A stretch of DNA of 45,468 nt, taken from positions 1-45,468 of the forward strand of contig JAXMNT010000060.1 in the NCBI GenBank assembly GCA_034670305.1. Reading direction: 5' to 3'. Source of the DNA: Deltaproteobacteria bacterium. GTDB lineage: Bacteria > Myxococcota_A > Polyangia > Polyangiales > Houyiibacteriaceae. Numbering within the stretch: the stretch's first letter is position 1; the number at the start of each line of letters is the position of its first letter. The position numbers and the translations under genes are program-made. Below are positions 38,163 to 45,468 of this stretch, one piece after another. The notes below the pieces were generated by a model. It had not been told where the DNA came from and searched no databases. It saw only the letters and a list, made by a program, of their open reading frames with translations.

Positions 38163-38795
38163 TCAGGTCTTGCGGGCGCGGTAGAGCATCCAGGAGTAGG
38201 GCATCGGCAAGATCGCGCCGACCATCAGGGCGGTGAATGCGATCCAGAAGCCAACCATGCCGGGGACGAGCAGCGCGGCGATGGCGCACACCGCGCCGCC
38301 GATCACCATCGTCTTGGCGCCGAACTCATGGGTGAGCTTCCAGATGGTCTCGTCCGAGAACGTCCACTTGCTGCGGAAGCCAGCCCACTTGTTGGGCTCG
38401 ACGTCCTTGAGCACGAGGCCAAGCCCGGCGAAGAAGAGACCCATCAGCGCCATCAGGCTGCCGGTGTTCAGGCTCATCTCGGGGCCGCTCGCGGCCGCCA
38501 ACATGAGGACCTGCACGCCGCCCAGAAAGAGCACCGTCAAGAGCGCCGACCACCCGAGCGCGACCTTGGCGGTCGGCTTGTCGGTCTTGCCCGAGACGAA
38601 CGCCATGATCCCGGTGACCAGCGCGCCGACGATCGGGAGCATGAGAAGTCCGATCGCCTTCGGCGCGAAGCCGTCGGGCAGGCCATCCGCGCCCCAATGA
38701 ATGGGCATCGGATCGGGCAGGTCGGACGCAAACGCGTACGAACCCACCGCCGTTGCCGCGCTCGTTCCGAGCGCCAGCGTCCACCACTTCTTCAT
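38163..38795 (-). CDS. SdpI/DUF1648-family membrane (immunity-like) protein
   Basis: LPDPMPIHW...G.PDG and PN.WAGFR..WT..DE..W..TH motifs, with about 6 TM helices. Confidence 0.85.
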   Translation of the reverse strand: MKKWWTLALGTSAATAVGSYAFASDLPDPMPIHWGADGLPDGFAPKAIGLLMLPIVGALVTGIMAFVSGKTDKPTAKVALGWSALLTVLFLGGVQVLMLAAASGPEMSLNTGSLMALMGLFFAGLGLVLKDVEPNKWAGFRSKWTFSDETIWKLTHEFGAKTMVIGGAVCAIAALLVPGMVGFWIAFTALMVGAILPMPYSWMLYRARKT

Positions 38796-39000
38796 CTCTC
38801 TGGCTCCACCACCCTCCCGACCACGATGCCGCATTCTGCGTCGCAGCCCCGCGTCCAACGGCGCTCTGAAGCGTTGGTCGGACGGTGGCCATCGGCACCT
38901 GCCGAGGCTGGGTGAAGCGGGGAGGGGCGCCGCTTCGGCTGAACCCTCTAGGTAAGCATTCTCCGGGCGCGCGCAAGACTCAATCGCCCGGAATCGTTGC

Positions 39001-40458
39001 CTAAATCCGGATGGACCAGACGCCGTTCGGGTCGACGTAGATCAACGCATGCGGTCCCAAGCGCCCGATGAACTGGCCCGATGCGTTGCCGATGGCCTCG
39101 CCCGTCGCCGCATCGACGAGCACGTCCGCACCGCCTGGCATGCCGGTCAACATCACGACCCTGCCCTGCACGCTCGCGTGCGCCTCGGGGGGCACTTGCC
39201 ACGCCCACTGCACGACGCCGGCGAGGTCGTGCCCCCGCACCACGTGGTTGATGAGTGAGCGGGTCACGACGCCAACGCCAGCCGCATGGACGTCCACCGG
39301 AGCTTCGTCGGCGGTCCAGGTGCCCACCACTTCGCCGCCCGCGTCGAGCGCGACCACCGTGCCGCCGACGTTGCGGCTCGCGAACTGCTGAAGGTACACA
39401 CCCGTCTCGCCGCGGAGGCGTGCGACGCCCTCGACATCCCGCTGCCACAAGACGGTGCCGCTCGGGTCGAGCAGTCGAGCGTTGCCGCAGCGCTGCACGA
39501 AGAGGCCGTGCTCGGTGACCCGCACCGCGCCTCGGGAGAGGGCCCAGCCCTCGCAGCTCGAGTCGACGATGTGGTGCCAGGCTTCCTGCCCGGTGGCGTG
39601 GAACGCGTACAGACGCAGCGCACTGGTGCCGTCGAGTGGCGCGTCGATCACGTACGCGAGGGTGAGCGCCCCGAACCGCGCACTCTCGATCGACGCACTC
39701 GAATGGGGCGTCAACGGAATGCGGTGGATGTCCCGTCCTTCGATGCGGCCGATCGCCCCGACCCGCGCCTCTCCCTCGCCCATGTCTGCGGCCACGAGCG
39801 CGGTGCGGGTGGCGCCCTCGGCGGGGTCGGTCCCGAGCAGGAGGCGCGCGTTGAGCCGGCACTCTTCGCGTGCTTCTCCATCTCCCTGAAGTGGCCGCCG
39901 CTCCACGGTCTGGCCCGGGAACCTCGGTCCCCATCCTTCGCCGGTGCGGAGGTCGACCAGCCGCTGCGCACACTCGCCGCGGTTGCCATCCAACACCGTC
40001 GAGCCCTTCAGCTCGCCATGGACCCAGGCGTTTGGCCGGAAGCGTTCGGAGCCGTCCGCGAGCGAGACCGCCACGTGACGTTCGCCTTCGCTCAAGACCG
40101 CGACTTGGTCGCCGACGAGCAAGTGCAGTTGTACGTTGGACGCGATCGAACGCGCGAAGCGCCACCGCTGCGCTCCGTCGGCGCCGCGCCGGATGAGTCC
40201 TTGCGGCGAGAGGTGCACGAGGTCGTCCCCGACGAACGAGACCAAGTGCTGCGGTCCGCGGATCGGGAAGCGCCAGTCGGGCCGTTCGCTCAAGTCTGTG
40301 AGATCGGACGGCAAGGCTTGCGGTTCGACGGTCGGTGCGGCCGGGACGACCGGCTCGGCGGGTTCGTTGGGTTCGGTTGGTTCCGTCGTCGTGCGCTCCT
40401 CGCCACCACACCCGAAGGCGATGGCGAGCGAGACCAGGCATGCGCGCGGGAAACCCAC
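39001..40458 (-). CDS. PQQ-like beta-propeller lipoprotein
   Basis: Lipobox AFGCGG and repeated D..TG..W / G...W motifs. The start is uncertain (40458 or further upstream). Confidence 0.65.
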   Translation of the reverse strand: MGFPRACLVSLAIAFGCGGEERTTTEPTEPNEPAEPVVPAAPTVEPQALPSDLTDLSERPDWRFPIRGPQHLVSFVGDDLVHLSPQGLIRRGADGAQRWRFARSIASNVQLHLLVGDQVAVLSEGERHVAVSLADGSERFRPNAWVHGELKGSTVLDGNRGECAQRLVDLRTGEGWGPRFPGQTVERRPLQGDGEAREECRLNARLLLGTDPAEGATRTALVAADMGEGEARVGAIGRIEGRDIHRIPLTPHSSASIESARFGALTLAYVIDAPLDGTSALRLYAFHATGQEAWHHIVDSSCEGWALSRGAVRVTEHGLFVQRCGNARLLDPSGTVLWQRDVEGVARLRGETGVYLQQFASRNVGGTVVALDAGGEVVGTWTADEAPVDVHAAGVGVVTRSLINHVVRGHDLAGVVQWAWQVPPEAHASVQGRVVMLTGMPGGADVLVDAATGEAIGNASGQFIGRLGPHALIYVDPNGVWSIRI

Positions 40459-40629
40459 CCGTGACGACCCTCGGCCCGATGAAACCGAGGGCATCGAGCA
40501 AGCCGTGTCACGGAGACCGGCTGTGCCTACAGGCAGAACGCGTTGGGCGGGACGGAACATGCCGTCGAGTCTACGCGACCCGGTCGCGCCGTACCCCACC
40601 GTCGTCGGTGGGGCTGTTCGCGCCGCGCG

Positions 40630-44401
<3,772 letters not shown>

Positions 44402-44496
44402 GGTTCCCGCAGTACGAACGCACGGACTTTGGTTCGTGCGCCCTTGGCTCGCTTCGAGCCCGACACCGAAACCGACTCGCCCCTCTGGAGGGACCG

Positions 44497-45345
44497 ATGG
44501 GCTACTACAAGCAGATTGATGGCAAGAAGTACGATGGCACCCTGCTCGAGGCCGCTGAGAAAGCGGTCGAGGGACGGGGGGACGGCCGGATCAGCAAAGA
44601 CGATGCGGCGCAGCTGCTGCAGCTGGTCAAAGACGGAGACGCGTACACCGACGTCGAGAAGGACACGGTCGCGTACATCCGCGACAAGATGAAGTGGACC
44701 GACGAGGCGGACGAGTGGTTCCGAACCGAGATCCGCAAGTGGGCCGCGGCTCGGTCGGCGGGTGCGGATCTGCCGGAGAGCGATGAAGGCCTGCGGGCGA
44801 AGATCGACGAGATCCTCACCACGGTCCGGCATCAGCGGGACCAGTGGGACGGCGCGTTTGCGACCTTCCGAGCGATGCTCGAAGGCAAGATGAAGGCGAC
44901 CGCCCGCGATCTGCTTGCGCAGGCCGCGCGGCGGGAGCGGCTCGAGTTCCAGTGGAAGCTCGACGCGCTTCTCGAAGACACCGCGCCGCCCGAGCCCCCC
45001 AAACCTTCGACCGCGCCGCCGGCCGAAGACCTCGGTGCGCCCGAAGTGGTCGGTCAAGAAGTGGCGAACCCGCCGCCCCAGATGCCTGGCGCCGGAGGTC
45101 CGCCCCCCGCGGCGGGCCAGCTCAGCATGGACGACCTCATTCCGATCTACGACGACCCGCGCGGGCTGTTGATCCACCGCCACAAGCTGGACGGCCGCTG
45201 GTTCCTCACCCAGGTCGATCCTCAGACCGGCCAGCCCCAGACCATGCAGCTCCAGGACGCGCAGAAGAGCCAAGTCCAGACCGAACTCGCCGGCAGCCCC
45301 TACTGGCTCGAGAAGAGCTGGGGCGGCCCCCCGATCGTCGGCTAG
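44497..45345 (+). CDS. Hypothetical protein (N-terminal YYKxIDG...GDGRIS domain)
   Basis: GGAGG RBS and typical codon usage. The architecture is an N-terminal domain, a helical segment, a Pro-rich linker and a C-terminal domain. Confidence 0.75.
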   Translation: MGYYKQIDGKKYDGTLLEAAEKAVEGRGDGRISKDDAAQLLQLVKDGDAYTDVEKDTVAYIRDKMKWTDEADEWFRTEIRKWAAARSAGADLPESDEGLRAKIDEILTTVRHQRDQWDGAFATFRAMLEGKMKATARDLLAQAARRERLEFQWKLDALLEDTAPPEPPKPSTAPPAEDLGAPEVVGQEVANPPPQMPGAGGPPPAAGQLSMDDLIPIYDDPRGLLIHRHKLDGRWFLTQVDPQTGQPQTMQLQDAQKSQVQTELAGSPYWLEKSWGGPPIVG

Positions 45346-45423
45346 CAGGCTGCTGAAGAACGCCCGCAGGGCGTTCTCGCAGCCTGCCCCTTGCCCCTGC
45401 CCTTGCCTTTGCCCTTGCCCGCG
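45342..45423. repeat. Composite REP/MITE-like element (hairpin + CTTGCC hexamer tract)
   Basis: CTAG-CAGGCTGC...AGAACGCCC GCA GGGCGTTCT...GCAGCCTGC, then (CCTTGC)-type units ending CCCGCG. It is an inverted relative of 61-124. Confidence 0.65.
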
Positions 45424-45425
45424 GA

Positions 45426-45468
45426 TCAGCGGTCAGATCGCTTGATCAGCGCGACGAGCATCGCGACG
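45426..45468 (-). CDS. 3' end of a downstream convergent gene (partial)
   Basis: The minus frame reads ...VAMLVALIKRSDR-TGA. Confidence 0.35.
   Translation of the reverse strand, partial: VAMLVALIKRSDR

Noticed and set aside
38856-38867. CAACGGCGCTC resembling the SAH riboswitch 3' strand
   Set aside because: The required upstream GAGGAGCG element is absent, and the orientation is opposite to the adjacent gene.

Overview
High-GC bacterial chromosomal DNA with myxobacterial hallmarks: MYXO-CTERM sorting tails, many Cys-rich 'CGG' lipoproteins with DAG/DGG linkers, and a Ser/Thr kinase next to a TPR/PEGA gene. It is most like Polyangiales/Sandaracinaceae (inference). The window holds about 37 protein genes, including a HtrA protease, a GT-C glycosyltransferase, a MoaD-MoaE fusion, coaX, a TrmH-family methyltransferase, an SdpI-like protein and gyrB, plus a tRNA-His/Arg(UCG)/Lys cluster. 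Four observations stand out. (1) A nitric-oxide module combines a Crp/Fnr (DNR-like) regulator, a Tat-lipoprotein HiPIP and norC(di-haem)-norB-norQ-norD. The HiPIP and norC promoters share a near-identical CTGACCT-nn-RTCAT box at the same class II spacing, suggesting a HiPIP-coupled cNOR. (2) A 1.6-kb integrase-less islet is bounded by a duplicated 14-bp tRNA-Lys 3' end and carries one USP-Cache fusion gene. (3) Dispersed hexamer-repeat/hairpin elements sit at gene 3' ends. (4) Leaderless-type -10 boxes recur 6-8 nt before start codons. No CRISPR array, rRNA or transposase was seen. All family assignments come from motif recognition, not database searches.
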